DNA from: an uncultured Pseudomonadota bacterium
GTDB lineage: Bacteria > Pseudomonadota > Gammaproteobacteria > Methylococcales > Methylomonadaceae
Assembly: GCA_903847275.1 (NCBI GenBank)
Contig: CAINDC010000196.1
Span: 3,884 to 67,883, forward strand
Direction: 5' to 3'
Length of the DNA stretch: 64,000 nucleotides
The notes beneath the pieces were generated by a model, which had not been told where the DNA came from, made no database searches, and saw nothing but the letters and a program-made list of their open reading frames with translations. Below are positions 35,088 through 47,918 of the stretch, piece after piece. Both the position numbers and the translations under genes were made by a program. The number at the start of each line of letters is the position of its first letter. Position 1 is the stretch's first letter.

Positions 35088-36683
35088 ATGATTCAAATTT
35101 TGATTTTATGGGCGATTCTGATTGCTATAAATTTAACGATTCGCCCGTTAATGCCTATCGACGAAACTCGTTATGTTGGTGTGGCGTGGGAAATGTGGCA
35201 GCGTGGTGATTTTTTAGTGCCACATCTCAACGGTGAAACTTATAGCCATAAACCGCCGCTGTTATTTTGGTTGATGCAACTTAGTTGGTGGATTTTTGGC
35301 GTTAATGAATGGACTCCGCGTTTAATTTCGCCATTATTTGCGCTAGGTTCGACATTATTATCAGGTTCAATCGCTCGTGAATTATGGCGTGAACGATCGC
35401 AAATCGCAGAAATTACGCCGTTCATTTTACTTGGCACATCGTTTTGGTTGATTTTCAGCACATTGACGATGTTCGATATGCTGTTGGCATTTTTTGTTTT
35501 ATTGGCAATTTTTAGTTTATTAAAATTGTCGCGTTCAAATTCGTGGCGTGACGTGTTTTTACTTGGCTTTGCAATCGGAGGTGGCGTATTAAGCAAAGGA
35601 CCTGTTGTGTTATTGCAAATTTTACCTGTGGCATTGCTTGCACCGTGGTGGTTGCAGAATAAAACGGCTGATTTTCGGTGGCACGAGTGGTATTTAAAAT
35701 TAGTTGCCGCGATTTTTATTGGCGCAAGTTTGGCGTTAGCGTGGGCAATTCCAGCAGGAATTTCGGGCGGTGAAGATTATCGAAATGCAATTTTTCTCGG
35801 ACAAACCAGCGGACGATTAGTGAAGTCTTTCGCACATCAATTACCGTGGTATTGGTATTTAGAACGTTTGCCGTTGTTATTATTGCCATGGATATTTTTC
35901 AAACCGCTGTGGCAAGGTGCTAAACAACTGACGTTAAACGATACTGGCGTGCGATTTTGTATCGCGTGGGCATTACCCGTTTTTTTGATGTTTTCATTAG
36001 TGAGTGGCAAACGGATTCATTATTTGTTGCCTTTGATTCCAGCGTTGGCGTTATTGTTAGCGCGTGCCGCTGATGAAATAAAAGATATTCAAAAATGGCA
36101 AAAGTCGTATTTCTACGTTTGGTTTATTTTTGCTTTTATCGCTGTGATTTTAGGTTTATTTCCCGCGTTGAATACCGTCTATCATTGGAATAAAGCGTTA
36201 AATGGATTTAATCCAATTTGGGGGGCTATATTAGAAATCATGCTGTTTTTTGTGATTTGTTCCAATCAAACAAATATACGCCAAATCATTTTTTACACTT
36301 GTATCCTTTCGATTGCTGCGCCGACATTGATAGCAGCGAGTTATCTGAATGTGTATGCCGAACGTTTTGACACAAAACCGATTGCTGAAAAAATTGCCCA
36401 CAACGTGTCGAAAAATAAACCTGTGGCATTTTATACGGGTAAATATCACGATCAATTTCAATTTCACGGACGATTAACACAGCCGATGACGCTTTTGAAT
36501 TCGCCAGAAACTTTACAAACTTGGGTACAAGAACATTCGGATGGATTTGTTTTGGTCGATTCCGAAAAATTGCCAAAAGATGTCTTGGTTTATTCGCACG
36601 CTTATCGAGCGGGACAATTAGGATTTGTTCAAACTGAAACTTTGAAAAAATATCCCGATTTAATTCATACATTGCAGCCTTAA
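35088..36683 (+). CDS. ArnT/PMT-like GT-C membrane glycosyltransferase
   Basis: DETRY, YSHKPPLLFWL, KGPV, GKRIHYLLP; polytopic membrane protein. Start estimated at ATG 35088. Confidence 0.88.
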   Translation: MIQILILWAILIAINLTIRPLMPIDETRYVGVAWEMWQRGDFLVPHLNGETYSHKPPLLFWLMQLSWWIFGVNEWTPRLISPLFALGSTLLSGSIARELWRERSQIAEITPFILLGTSFWLIFSTLTMFDMLLAFFVLLAIFSLLKLSRSNSWRDVFLLGFAIGGGVLSKGPVVLLQILPVALLAPWWLQNKTADFRWHEWYLKLVAAIFIGASLALAWAIPAGISGGEDYRNAIFLGQTSGRLVKSFAHQLPWYWYLERLPLLLLPWIFFKPLWQGAKQLTLNDTGVRFCIAWALPVFLMFSLVSGKRIHYLLPLIPALALLLARAADEIKDIQKWQKSYFYVWFIFAFIAVILGLFPALNTVYHWNKALNGFNPIWGAILEIMLFFVICSNQTNIRQIIFYTCILSIAAPTLIAASYLNVYAERFDTKPIAEKIAHNVSKNKPVAFYTGKYHDQFQFHGRLTQPMTLLNSPETLQTWVQEHSDGFVLVDSEKLPKDVLVYSHAYRAGQLGFVQTETLKKYPDLIHTLQP

Positions 36684-36687
36684 AATT

Positions 36688-37830
36688 ATGTTTAGACTTA
36701 GCCAATATATGCGCGAAGTGATTGCGCCCACGCCAATAAAACCGACACGAAAACCACTCGCGCCTGTGGTGATTTGGAATTTAATTCGGCGTTGCAATTT
36801 AATCTGCCAACATTGTTACACCACATCGGCAGACAAAGATTTTCCAAACGAACTGACTACGCCTGAAATTTACACGGCGATGGACGATTTAAAAGCGTTT
36901 AAAGTTCCCGTGTTGATTTTATCGGGCGGCGAACCCTTGTTACATCCTGATATTTTTGCTATTTCACAACGCGCCAAAGACATGGTTTTTTATGTTGCGT
37001 TGTCGAGTAACGGCACAAAGATTTCACCCGAAAATATCAACCAAATTGCAGCCATAAATTATTCGTATATTGGCGTGAGTTTGGATGGCATTCAAGACAC
37101 ACACGACGCGTTTCGACGCTCGAAAGGTTCGTTTAATCAAGCATTGCGTGGTATCGAATTGTGTTTAGAAAAAGGTATTAAAGTCGGCATTCGCTACACT
37201 TTAACGCAATCGAACGCACATGATTTTCCCGCGATGTTGCAATTGATGGACGATTACAACATTGATAAATTTTATTTGTCACATTTGAATTATGGCGGAC
37301 GCGGTAATAAAAATCGAGGCGATGACGCGCATTTCACGATGACACGCGACGCAATGGATTTATTGTTTGAAACTTGTTATCGCTGGGAGTTGGAAGGCAA
37401 AGAGCGCGAATTTGTCACGGGCAACAATGATGCTGATGCTGTTTATTTCTTGCATTGGGTACGCGCTCGATTTCCTGAAAAAGCCGCGCATATTCAAGCT
37501 AAATTAGAACAATGGGGCGGTAATTCGTCGGGGGTGAATGTGGCGAATATCGATAATCTTGGCAATGTTCATCCCGACACATTTTGGTGGCATTACAATT
37601 TGGGCAATGTGAAAGACCGCCCCTTCTCTGAAATTTGGCAAGATACTCGCGACCCGTTAATGGCAGGTTTGAAAAGTTCACCGCGTCCACTCGAAGGACG
37701 TTGTAAAACTTGCCATTATCAACCGATTTGTAATGGCAATACTCGCGTCCGTGCGGCACAAACAACTGGAAATTATTGGGCAGAAGATTCAGGTTGTTAT
37801 TTGAATGATGATGAAATAACGCCTAATTAA
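36688..37830 (+). CDS. nirJ: Heme d1 biosynthesis radical SAM protein
   Basis: MFRLSQYM start, VVIWNLIRRCNLICQHCY, FVTGNNDAD, WGGNSSGVNVANID, SPASM cysteines. Confidence 0.93.
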   Translation: MFRLSQYMREVIAPTPIKPTRKPLAPVVIWNLIRRCNLICQHCYTTSADKDFPNELTTPEIYTAMDDLKAFKVPVLILSGGEPLLHPDIFAISQRAKDMVFYVALSSNGTKISPENINQIAAINYSYIGVSLDGIQDTHDAFRRSKGSFNQALRGIELCLEKGIKVGIRYTLTQSNAHDFPAMLQLMDDYNIDKFYLSHLNYGGRGNKNRGDDAHFTMTRDAMDLLFETCYRWELEGKEREFVTGNNDADAVYFLHWVRARFPEKAAHIQAKLEQWGGNSSGVNVANIDNLGNVHPDTFWWHYNLGNVKDRPFSEIWQDTRDPLMAGLKSSPRPLEGRCKTCHYQPICNGNTRVRAAQTTGNYWAEDSGCYLNDDEITPN

Positions 37831-37834
37831 CCGT

Positions 37835-39163
37835 TTATTTTTTCGCAACGTTAATTTTTTGTGGTTCTAAATAAGCAACATTCAAATGGTCATCAATCAG
37901 ATATTTTCGCGCCACATTCCGAACTTGTTCCGCTGTGACTTGATTGATTTTTGCTACATATTCACCTTCTTTTTTCCAACCCAAACCAACAGTTTCAAGC
38001 ATTCCGAGTTGCATGGCTTGATAAAAATTTGAATCGCGTTGATAAACTTCGCTGGCTAACACTTGCGCTTTAATGCGTTGTAATTCGGCGGGTTCAACGA
38101 GTTTGGTTTGTAGTTTTGCAATTTCTTCTTTCAAAGCCGCTTCAATATCCCAAACGGTTTTACCTTCTGCTGGTGTGCCTTCCAGTTCAAATAAATCATC
38201 TAGCCGAGACGTTAAGTTATAACCTGCATTGGCTTCGACGGCGATTTGCTTGCCTCGAATTAACGAGCTACTCAAACGCGCACTGCTGCCACCATCTAAA
38301 ACACCTGCTAACACTTCCAACGCGTAGGCTTCGGATTCATCTTTGGCGGTTTTCAATGTTGGAACGTGATAACCCAATAAAACCGATGGCAATTTCGCGG
38401 GAACTTTGACCGTCATTTTGCGAACGCCAATTTGTGGAGCTTCTGTTTGAGGTTTGAGCGGCAAAATTTCGCTGGTTTTCAAATCGCCAAAATACTGTTG
38501 AGCTAACGCAAAAACGTCAGCGGTTTTCACATCGCCAACCACCACCAACGTGGCATTATTCGGCGCATACCAACGTTGATACCACGCTTGTAAATCTGGC
38601 GCAGTATAAGCCGCAATATCGGTTTGCCAACCAATAATCGGGTGTTTATACGGGCTACTCGTGTAAGCCATCGCGGCAAATTGTTCTGCCATTTTCGCTT
38701 GCGGATTATCTTCGGTACGCATTCGGCGTTCTTCGGTGACAACTTCGAGTTCTTTTTTTAATTCTTCAGGCAAAATGTGCAAATAGCGCATTCTGTCAGC
38801 TTCCAATTCAAAACTTACCGCTAATTTTGATGCCGCCATCGTTTGAAAATACGCGGTGTAATCTTGCCCTGTGAACGCATTTTCTTCACCACCATTTTCT
38901 GCAATGATGCGTGAAAATTCACCCGCTGGATGTTTGTCTGTGCCTTTGAACATAGTATGTTCAAGCATGTGCGAAATGCCCGTGATGCCATTCGGTTCAT
39001 AGCTTGAACCCACTTTATACCAAACTTGCGACACGACAACAGGCGAACGATGGTCTTCTTGCACCAAAATTTTTAAGCCGTTTGACAAAACGTGTTCAAA
39101 AATTTGTGGCGCGGCAAAACTGGTCGCGGGTAAAAGTAACAACAGAGATAAAAATTTTTTCAT
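37835..39163 (-). CDS. Secreted M16 family zinc peptidase
   Basis: Signal peptide; inverted zinc motif HMLEH; NAFT; EERRMR. Confidence 0.95.
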   Translation of the reverse strand: MKKFLSLLLLLPATSFAAPQIFEHVLSNGLKILVQEDHRSPVVVSQVWYKVGSSYEPNGITGISHMLEHTMFKGTDKHPAGEFSRIIAENGGEENAFTGQDYTAYFQTMAASKLAVSFELEADRMRYLHILPEELKKELEVVTEERRMRTEDNPQAKMAEQFAAMAYTSSPYKHPIIGWQTDIAAYTAPDLQAWYQRWYAPNNATLVVVGDVKTADVFALAQQYFGDLKTSEILPLKPQTEAPQIGVRKMTVKVPAKLPSVLLGYHVPTLKTAKDESEAYALEVLAGVLDGGSSARLSSSLIRGKQIAVEANAGYNLTSRLDDLFELEGTPAEGKTVWDIEAALKEEIAKLQTKLVEPAELQRIKAQVLASEVYQRDSNFYQAMQLGMLETVGLGWKKEGEYVAKINQVTAEQVRNVARKYLIDDHLNVAYLEPQKINVAKK

Positions 39164-39190
39164 AAAAATTCCATAACAAAAAATAAAGTA

Positions 39191-39583
39191 TTACAACGGA
39201 TTAAATACTTCTAAACCTTTCACTTTCACAAAATCATCGACATTTCGTGTGACTAAAACTTTGTCATTTACCAAAGCAGTTGCCGCGATAATGGCATCAG
39301 GCAGTTTGATTTTGTAATCCATGCGTAATTGAATGCAGTAGTCCGCAATAACTTGATTTAATGCAAATTCTTCAAATAGCGACAACAACCCACGCGCTTT
39401 TTCAAGAGATTCTTTGTCGTGACCTTGCCAGCCTAACACTTCGATTTTCGTGATAATCGACATCGAACTTCCCGATAAAATCATTTCATCAAGTTGCATC
39501 TTTACCGATTCGGGCAATTGTTTATTCAGGTAATAAATGAGAATGTTGGTATCAATCACCGTATTATTCGGCATTCGCATCAT
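39191..39583 (-). CDS. PIN-domain (VapC-type) toxin
   Basis: IDTNILI, IE, KLPDAIIAATA, LVTRNVDDF. Confidence 0.92.
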   Translation of the reverse strand: MMRMPNNTVIDTNILIYYLNKQLPESVKMQLDEMILSGSSMSIITKIEVLGWQGHDKESLEKARGLLSLFEEFALNQVIADYCIQLRMDYKIKLPDAIIAATALVNDKVLVTRNVDDFVKVKGLEVFNPL

Positions 39584-39819
39584 TCTCTATCCCATTCGGA
39601 ACGCATTTGTGCAATATCAAAATCAATTTGTTCGATAGATTTTGTTTGTTTTACACAGCCCCACGCCTGTTGCAATACCCGCTGTTTTTGGTTTTCTTGT
39701 ATTTTTTGCGGCGTTTCCATAAACGTAACAATTACTTGGACATTATCATAATGGCTAGGCACATCGTCTAACCAATTCAAATGCCCTTGTTTATAAACTG
39801 CGGCGTAACTTTTCAACAT
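39580..39819 (-). CDS. Putative cognate antitoxin
   Basis: 79 aa from ATG 39819 (GAGG RBS); C-terminal MRSEWDRE; overlaps the toxin start (ATGA). Confidence 0.75.
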   Translation of the reverse strand: MLKSYAAVYKQGHLNWLDDVPSHYDNVQVIVTFMETPQKIQENQKQRVLQQAWGCVKQTKSIEQIDFDIAQMRSEWDRE

Positions 39820-39843
39820 AAAAACCTCACAATTCAAAAAATC

Positions 39844-39871
39844 AGGGCAACCACAAAGGATTGCCACTACA
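39844..39871 (-). repeat. GTAG-type REP-like palindrome
   Basis: Minus strand TGTAGTGGCAATCCTTTGTGGTTGCCCT: GTAG tetranucleotide followed by a GGCAAT...GTTGCC hairpin. Confidence 0.6.
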
Positions 39872-39945
39872 AAATCAAAATCCTCAACACCCACAAAGCC
39901 AAAATAAATACGTCCAAAATGGCTTTGTATTTTCAAAACATATAA

Positions 39946-41151
39946 TTACATTTTGGTTCCAGTTGAGGTGGTCTTCATCACACACGCTGGCGTTGCTGGT
40001 ATTCCAAATTCAGGCATTGCTGGCATTGCTGGAGTCGATTGCTGTTCTAAATGAGAGATAGTTCCATCACTGTTATACGTTAACTGTCCAGAAATTGATG
40101 GCATAGGAAATGACGGCATTCCAGCAACTGGTGCAACTGTTGGAAATGTCACTTGGTAGCTAATCGTATTTTCATCAATCAGCGATGCTGAGTATGATGG
40201 CACAGAGCCATAAGGTGAAACTGGAAACGGAAAAGAGACTTGATTACCAGTAACTTTTATAGGCATTACACCTAGAGGCATTACAGGAGATTCACTGGGA
40301 CCTCCACAATTACTGCCATCAACTGTTCCCTTTAAATTCCAATTTCCATCGAATTTATTTGAACCTGATGTTGCTGTACCTTCATTAGGTGTATTTGGCG
40401 TAACATTTGGAATAATAGGAGTTGGAATTATTGGTTCAAATTCTGAAGAATTTTCCACTACCGTAAAGCTATCGCCCAATGAATCAATTTCAATGTCATT
40501 TTTATCAAATAAGCTAATTTGAAATTGTTGCTCTCCAATTTCTGTTAGTGTGAAATAAAAATAGAATGCCCTTGATTCTGTTGCTGCGGCAGTCATTGGT
40601 TGGAACTCTTCACCATTAACGCTGATTTTTATGCTGTAAAAATCTTTTGCCAACGGTTTATCTAACTTTACTCTGATTTGTACAGCGTTTCCGAGTGTAA
40701 TATATCCTTTCGGAACAACAGAAATACTGTCAATGGCTGGCGGTGTAGGAGTACCGACAGAAAAAGAGCGAATTAAACCTTTTTTGCTGTTATCTAGCGT
40801 TGTCTTACCAACAGCTTGAACTTGCCAAAAATAATTGCCGTCTGTTTTCAACATAGCATGAGTTGCCGCGACGTTATAAGAAGGCGACGCGACGGTGTAC
40901 ATAAAACACGTTTTGGTATTCAAGCATTTAAATTTGTTCGCATCGTAATTCGCAAAACTTTTATCGTTAGAAAATATCACACGATATTTAGTTGCGCCCG
41001 CTACCTTCTGCCAAGAAAACTTAGCCAACTTTTGCAATGGTAAATTAGCACTGTCTGCGGGTGTTAACATCTGTGGAGTGTTTAATGGTGCGGCTTGCAC
41101 CACGTTCACAACTAAAAACGCAAGTGGAATTACTGCTTTCAGATAATTCAT
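39946..41151 (-). CDS. Secreted hypothetical protein (FN3/Ig-like N-terminal domains, Pro-rich C-terminal domain)
   Basis: Signal peptide from ATG 41151 (MNYLKAVIPLAFLVVNVVQA); FSWQKVAGATKYRV and YFWQVQA FN3-like pattern. Confidence 0.7.
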   Translation of the reverse strand: MNYLKAVIPLAFLVVNVVQAAPLNTPQMLTPADSANLPLQKLAKFSWQKVAGATKYRVIFSNDKSFANYDANKFKCLNTKTCFMYTVASPSYNVAATHAMLKTDGNYFWQVQAVGKTTLDNSKKGLIRSFSVGTPTPPAIDSISVVPKGYITLGNAVQIRVKLDKPLAKDFYSIKISVNGEEFQPMTAAATESRAFYFYFTLTEIGEQQFQISLFDKNDIEIDSLGDSFTVVENSSEFEPIIPTPIIPNVTPNTPNEGTATSGSNKFDGNWNLKGTVDGSNCGGPSESPVMPLGVMPIKVTGNQVSFPFPVSPYGSVPSYSASLIDENTISYQVTFPTVAPVAGMPSFPMPSISGQLTYNSDGTISHLEQQSTPAMPAMPEFGIPATPACVMKTTSTGTKM

Positions 41152-41250
41152 TATTTGACCCATTTCTCGCATGATGAAAATCCCTTTAATAAAAACGGCG
41201 CATTGCCAAAACAATACGCCGCCGTGTTGAACAAATTAAAAACGCGACTA

Positions 41251-42180
41251 TTAGCCGTCTGCGTTAATTTTAGCAATAATATCTTTCAAATTTTGTTCAC
41301 AACCTTCGTTAGCCACTTGGCACGTTCCCGCGTTCAAATGTCCGCCGCCGTTGTAACTCAAACATAATTCGCCCACATTGGTGTTTGAAGTACGATTCAA
41401 AATTGATTTACCAATTGCAAAGACGGTATTTTGTTGCTTCATGCCCCACATAACGTGGATTGAAATGTTGCAATCAGGATAAAGCGCGTAAATCATGAAA
41501 CGATTTACCGCATAAATGGTTTCTTCGTTGCGTAAATCCAAAACAACCAAGTTGCCGTGAACCGTTGAACAACGTTGAATTTGTTCTTTCGCAGCCGCTT
41601 CGTGTTCTTTAAATAATTTCACACGTTCTTGAACGTCTGACAATTTCAAAATATCGTCAATTGAATGGTCTTTACAATACGCAATCAAGTCCATCATCAA
41701 TTGATAATTTGAAACGGTGAAATCTCTAAAGCGACCCAAACCAGTACGCGCATCCATCAAGAAATTCATCAACACCCAGCCATCTGGATTCAAAATTTCG
41801 TCTTTGTTGAACTGTGCCGCATCACCTTTATCAACCGCTTTCATCATTTCATTCCAGCTTGCTGGAAAACGTGATGCGCCACCGTAATAATCATAAACCA
41901 CACGCGCAGCAGAAGGTGCGTCAGGTGAAATGATGTGATTATCTTGTTTTTCGTTACGAATGGTTTCGCTCAAATGATGATCAAATGCCAAATGCACGCC
42001 TTTTACATACGGTAAATTGGTAGTGATGTCGTTGTCGGTGATGTCGATAATTTCATCTTGCATATCTTTTGGATGAACGAATTTAATTTCTTCAATTAAA
42101 TTCATTTCTTTCAAAAGTACCGCACAAATTAACCCGTCGAAATCGCTACGAGTCACTAATCTAAATTTTTTTTCTGTCAT
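41251..42180 (-). CDS. DHH-family phosphoesterase ('exopolyphosphatase-related')
   Basis: RSDFDG, FDHH, GGGH; start at ATG 42180. Confidence 0.88.
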   Translation of the reverse strand: MTEKKFRLVTRSDFDGLICAVLLKEMNLIEEIKFVHPKDMQDEIIDITDNDITTNLPYVKGVHLAFDHHLSETIRNEKQDNHIISPDAPSAARVVYDYYGGASRFPASWNEMMKAVDKGDAAQFNKDEILNPDGWVLMNFLMDARTGLGRFRDFTVSNYQLMMDLIAYCKDHSIDDILKLSDVQERVKLFKEHEAAAKEQIQRCSTVHGNLVVLDLRNEETIYAVNRFMIYALYPDCNISIHVMWGMKQQNTVFAIGKSILNRTSNTNVGELCLSYNGGGHLNAGTCQVANEGCEQNLKDIIAKINADG

Positions 42181-42245
42181 GATTTTCACCTTAAAAATAT
42201 AAAAAAACGTTCTCCGTAAACGTCACGGATTATTTATTGTAGCAT

Positions 42246-43919
42246 TTAAAACAAACCAGTAATTTTACCATTATCATCAATATCGATTCGTTCAGCGGCT
42301 GGCACTTTTGGTAAACCTGGCATTGTCATCATATCGCCTGCAATCGCAACAATAAATCCTGCGCCATTTGCTAAACGCACATCACGAATTTCAATTGTGT
42401 GTCCAGATGGTGCGCCTTTCAAGGCAGGATTAGTTGAAAATGACATTTGTGTTTTTGCCATACAAATCGGAAATGTGCCGTAATCGGCATTCCACGCGGC
42501 AAGTTGTGATTTTACTTTCGCACTTGCTGTAACACTGCCAGCACCATAAAGTTTAGTCGCAATCGTTTCAATTTTTTCCCACAAACTTAAATTTTCGTCA
42601 TACACGAATTTAAATTCAGGTTCACGATTATCAACGATTTCAGTAACAGCATTCGCTAATTCTTCTGCGCCTTCGCCACCGTTTGCCCAATGTTTTGAAA
42701 CGACGCAAGTCGCACCTAAATCTGCACATTTCTGTTGAAGTAACGCAATTTCAGCTTCGGTATCAAACGTAAAATGATTCACACAAACTACGCACGGCAA
42801 GCCGTAATGCTCAGTGATATTTTTGTAATGGCGTTCAAGGTTTTCAAAACCTTTTTCAACAGCGGCTAAATTTTCTTGATTCAAATCGTCTTTTGCAACA
42901 CCGCCATGAAATTTCAAGGCGCGAATCGTGGCAACTAAAACAACCGCCGATGGTTTTAAGCCTGACATTCGGCATTTGATGTCGATGAATTTTTCCGCGC
43001 CTAAATCCGCACCAAAACCCGCTTCGGTGACAACGTAATCAGCGAGTTTTAACGCCGTTTTCGTAGCGGTCACAGTGTTACAACCATGCGCGATATTCGC
43101 AAAAGGTCCTCCGTGAATAATCGCAATGTTGTTTTCAAGCGTTTGGACTAAATTCGGTTTAATCGCGTCTTTCAAAAGTGCCGCCATTGCGCCATGTGCT
43201 TTTAAATCGCGTGCATAAACTGGCGTAACTTTGTCGGATTTGTAGCCAATAACGATGCGTCCTAAACGCTCTTTTAAATCTGCACGACTGGTTGCTAAAC
43301 ATAAAATTGCCATCACTTCGGAAGCGACAACGATGTCATAACCATCTTCGCGTAAATAACCGTTTGCCGCGCCACCCATACCAACAACGATATTTCGCAA
43401 TGCGCGGTCGTTCATATCGACAACACGTTTCCATTGAATTCGGCGTGGATCAATGTCGAGTTCGTTGCCATGATTGATGTGGTTATCGATTAACGCAGAT
43501 AACAAATTGTGTGCGACACCGATTGCGTGGAAATCGCCTGTGAAATGTAAATTGATGTCTTCCATTGGAACAACTTGCGCGTAACCACCACCTGCTGCGC
43601 CGCCTTTCACACCAAAACAAGGACCTAAAGAGGGTTCACGCAAACACATAATCGTTTTTTTATTTAAACGATTCATCGCATCGCCCAAACCAACCGTTGT
43701 TGTCGTTTTACCTTCACCTGCTGGCGTTGGACTAATCGCCGTGACAAGAATCAATTTACCGTCGGTTTTGTCCGCTAAACTGTTCACATATTCGAGTGAA
43801 AGTTTCGCTTTGAAATGCCCAATTGGATCTAAATGTTCGGGTGCAATACCGTAATTTTTCCCCGCAAGTTCAATAATCGGTTTCATGATGGCGCGTTGCG
43901 CGATTTCGATGTCTGACAT
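42246..43919 (-). CDS. fhs: Formate-tetrahydrofolate ligase
   Basis: [39 protein letters not shown]. Confidence 0.99.
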   Translation of the reverse strand: MSDIEIAQRAIMKPIIELAGKNYGIAPEHLDPIGHFKAKLSLEYVNSLADKTDGKLILVTAISPTPAGEGKTTTTVGLGDAMNRLNKKTIMCLREPSLGPCFGVKGGAAGGGYAQVVPMEDINLHFTGDFHAIGVAHNLLSALIDNHINHGNELDIDPRRIQWKRVVDMNDRALRNIVVGMGGAANGYLREDGYDIVVASEVMAILCLATSRADLKERLGRIVIGYKSDKVTPVYARDLKAHGAMAALLKDAIKPNLVQTLENNIAIIHGGPFANIAHGCNTVTATKTALKLADYVVTEAGFGADLGAEKFIDIKCRMSGLKPSAVVLVATIRALKFHGGVAKDDLNQENLAAVEKGFENLERHYKNITEHYGLPCVVCVNHFTFDTEAEIALLQQKCADLGATCVVSKHWANGGEGAEELANAVTEIVDNREPEFKFVYDENLSLWEKIETIATKLYGAGSVTASAKVKSQLAAWNADYGTFPICMAKTQMSFSTNPALKGAPSGHTIEIRDVRLANGAGFIVAIAGDMMTMPGLPKVPAAERIDIDDNGKITGLF

Positions 43920-44009
43920 TTTTTGCTCCTAAATCTTTAAAGTGAATGACGATAAATTTATCAGCAATCGTTACAATAGCCAAACACATTAAGCAATCAC
44001 AATCACTTT

Positions 44010-44312
44010 ATGAAAAAATTATTGGTTTTATTGCTCGTTAGCAGCACTTGTTTTGCTGTCGAACCATCACTTGAACGACAAACGGAATTACGTTTATTAT
44101 TGAAAAACGATTGTGGCGCGTGTCATGGTTTATTATTGCAAGGTGGTTTAGGTTCGCCTTTGCAACCACAAGATTTAATGAGAAAATCTGACATATTTTT
44201 AATTGAAACTATTGAAAATGGGCGAAAAGGTACCGCGATGCCACCGTGGAAACCGTTTATAACAACAAGCGAAATATCGTGGCTAGTGAATTTATTACGT
44301 CACCCAAACTAA
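44010..44312 (+). CDS. Small monoheme cytochrome c, NirC (c55X)-like
   Basis: Signal peptide; DCGACHG...GGLGSPL; GRKGTAMPPW. Confidence 0.85.
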   Translation: MKKLLVLLLVSSTCFAVEPSLERQTELRLLLKNDCGACHGLLLQGGLGSPLQPQDLMRKSDIFLIETIENGRKGTAMPPWKPFITTSEISWLVNLLRHPN

Positions 44313-44355
44313 AAAAGTTAAATCCTCTATTTCAAAATTACTGGAAATATAAAGA

Positions 44356-45345
44356 ATGTACACGCTCCTTATTGTTGATGATGACCCTGCTATTGTATCG
44401 TTATTAACATGCAGTTTTCGTAAAAGCTATCAGATAATATCTGCATTAAATGGCATAGAAGCCATTACGATTTTAAATAAACAGCCTATCGATTTAATTA
44501 TTTGCGACCAAGAAATTCCTGATGTTAATGGCATGGAAGTATTGAGTTATGCGTTGAAAGTTCAACCAGATGCTATTCGTATTTTATTAACAGGCGGTTA
44601 TATCCATGTGGACGACTTATTAAAGTACATCAATGAAGTTAATATTTATAAATACTTTAAAAAACCGTGGAGTCAGGCTGATTTAAAATTAAGTGTTGCT
44701 CGGGCATTGGAATCATTGGATTTGAAACGTGATTTACGCGAAGCCCGCGATTTATTTGAATCAGCATGTAAAGATGCGGTTGTTATGTTGTGTTTAGCTG
44801 CCGAAGGTAAAGATCAAGATACGGCAAGTCATTTACAACGCGTACAAAATTACACCGAAGCATTGGCTATTGCGATGGGAATTGGCAAAAAAGAAGCTGA
44901 ACACATGGGACTAATGAGTATGTTGCATGATATTGGCAAACTTGCTGTTCCAGATGAAATTTTGAAAAAACCTGGGAAATTAACCGATGAAGAATGGGAT
45001 GTTATGCGAGAACACCCAATGGCTGGTGTGCGGATTTTAAGTTCAAATCCATTTTATGAAGTGGCGCGGGAAGTTTCAGCAGGACATCATGAAAATTTTG
45101 ACGGTACAGGTTATCCCAATAATTTATGTGGTGAAGAAACGCCTCTTTCGGCGCGAATTGTAAAATTAGCAGATGTATTCGACGCATTAACAACGAAACG
45201 CCCTTATAAAGAAGCTTGGACAATGGCAGATGCCGTGGATTATATCGAGTCTTTTTCAGGCAGTATGTTTGATCCGACCATCGTAGAAAAATTCAAAATG
45301 CTCCATCTCGATGGGACATTAGAACGCATTAAATTATCGGCGTAA
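44356..45345 (+). CDS. Receiver + HD-GYP cyclic-di-GMP phosphodiesterase
   Basis: N-terminal receiver; HDIGK, HHENFDGTGYP, ADVFDAL..KRPYK. Confidence 0.93.
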   Translation: MYTLLIVDDDPAIVSLLTCSFRKSYQIISALNGIEAITILNKQPIDLIICDQEIPDVNGMEVLSYALKVQPDAIRILLTGGYIHVDDLLKYINEVNIYKYFKKPWSQADLKLSVARALESLDLKRDLREARDLFESACKDAVVMLCLAAEGKDQDTASHLQRVQNYTEALAIAMGIGKKEAEHMGLMSMLHDIGKLAVPDEILKKPGKLTDEEWDVMREHPMAGVRILSSNPFYEVAREVSAGHHENFDGTGYPNNLCGEETPLSARIVKLADVFDALTTKRPYKEAWTMADAVDYIESFSGSMFDPTIVEKFKMLHLDGTLERIKLSA

Positions 45346-45381
45346 AAAAACCGCGCTACTTTAAAAAGTAGAGCGGTTTTT
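45346..45381. terminator. Bidirectional terminator between HD-GYP gene and proB
   Basis: AAAAACCGCGCTACTTT-aa-AAAGTAGAGCGGTTTTT. Confidence 0.8.
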
Positions 45382-45395
45382 GTATTCGCGTACAT

Positions 45396-47547
<2,152 letters not shown>

Positions 47548-47572
47548 TTACTCAAATAAAACTGATATAAAC

Positions 47573-47604
47573 AAAAAAAGCCCCAACCATTCGGCGGAGC
47601 TTTC
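47573..47604 (-). terminator. Intrinsic terminator after rpmA
   Basis: Minus strand GAAAGCTCCGCC-gaat-GGTTGGGGCTTTTTTT. Confidence 0.7.
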
Positions 47605-47641
47605 TCAGTCGTTGCCGCTTGCCACGAAGGCGAGCGATTAT

Positions 47642-47902
47642 TTATGCCGCTGTTACGATGCTAACAAACTTGCGGTTTTTAGGACCTTGTACTTTGAAAA
47701 GCACTACACCGTCCGCTTTCGCAAATAATGTGTGATCTTTGCCGATGCCAACGTTTGTGCCAGCGTGGAAATGTGTGCCACGTTGACGAACGATGATACT
47801 ACCTGCGGTAACTGTTTCGCTGCCATAACGTTTAACGCCTAATCTTTTTGATTGGGAATCGCGTCCATTGCGGGTACTACCGCCAGCTTTCTTATGAGCC
47901 AT
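47642..47902 (-). CDS. rpmA: 50S ribosomal protein L27
   Basis: [16 protein letters not shown]. Confidence 0.99.
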   Translation of the reverse strand: MAHKKAGGSTRNGRDSQSKRLGVKRYGSETVTAGSIIVRQRGTHFHAGTNVGIGKDHTLFAKADGVVLFKVQGPKNRKFVSIVTAA

Positions 47903-47918
47903 TTTAAACTCCTAGTTT

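Noticed and set aside
39820..39936. N-terminal extension of the antitoxin ORF in the track
   Set aside because: Reads through the REP-like element; a good RBS supports ATG 39819.
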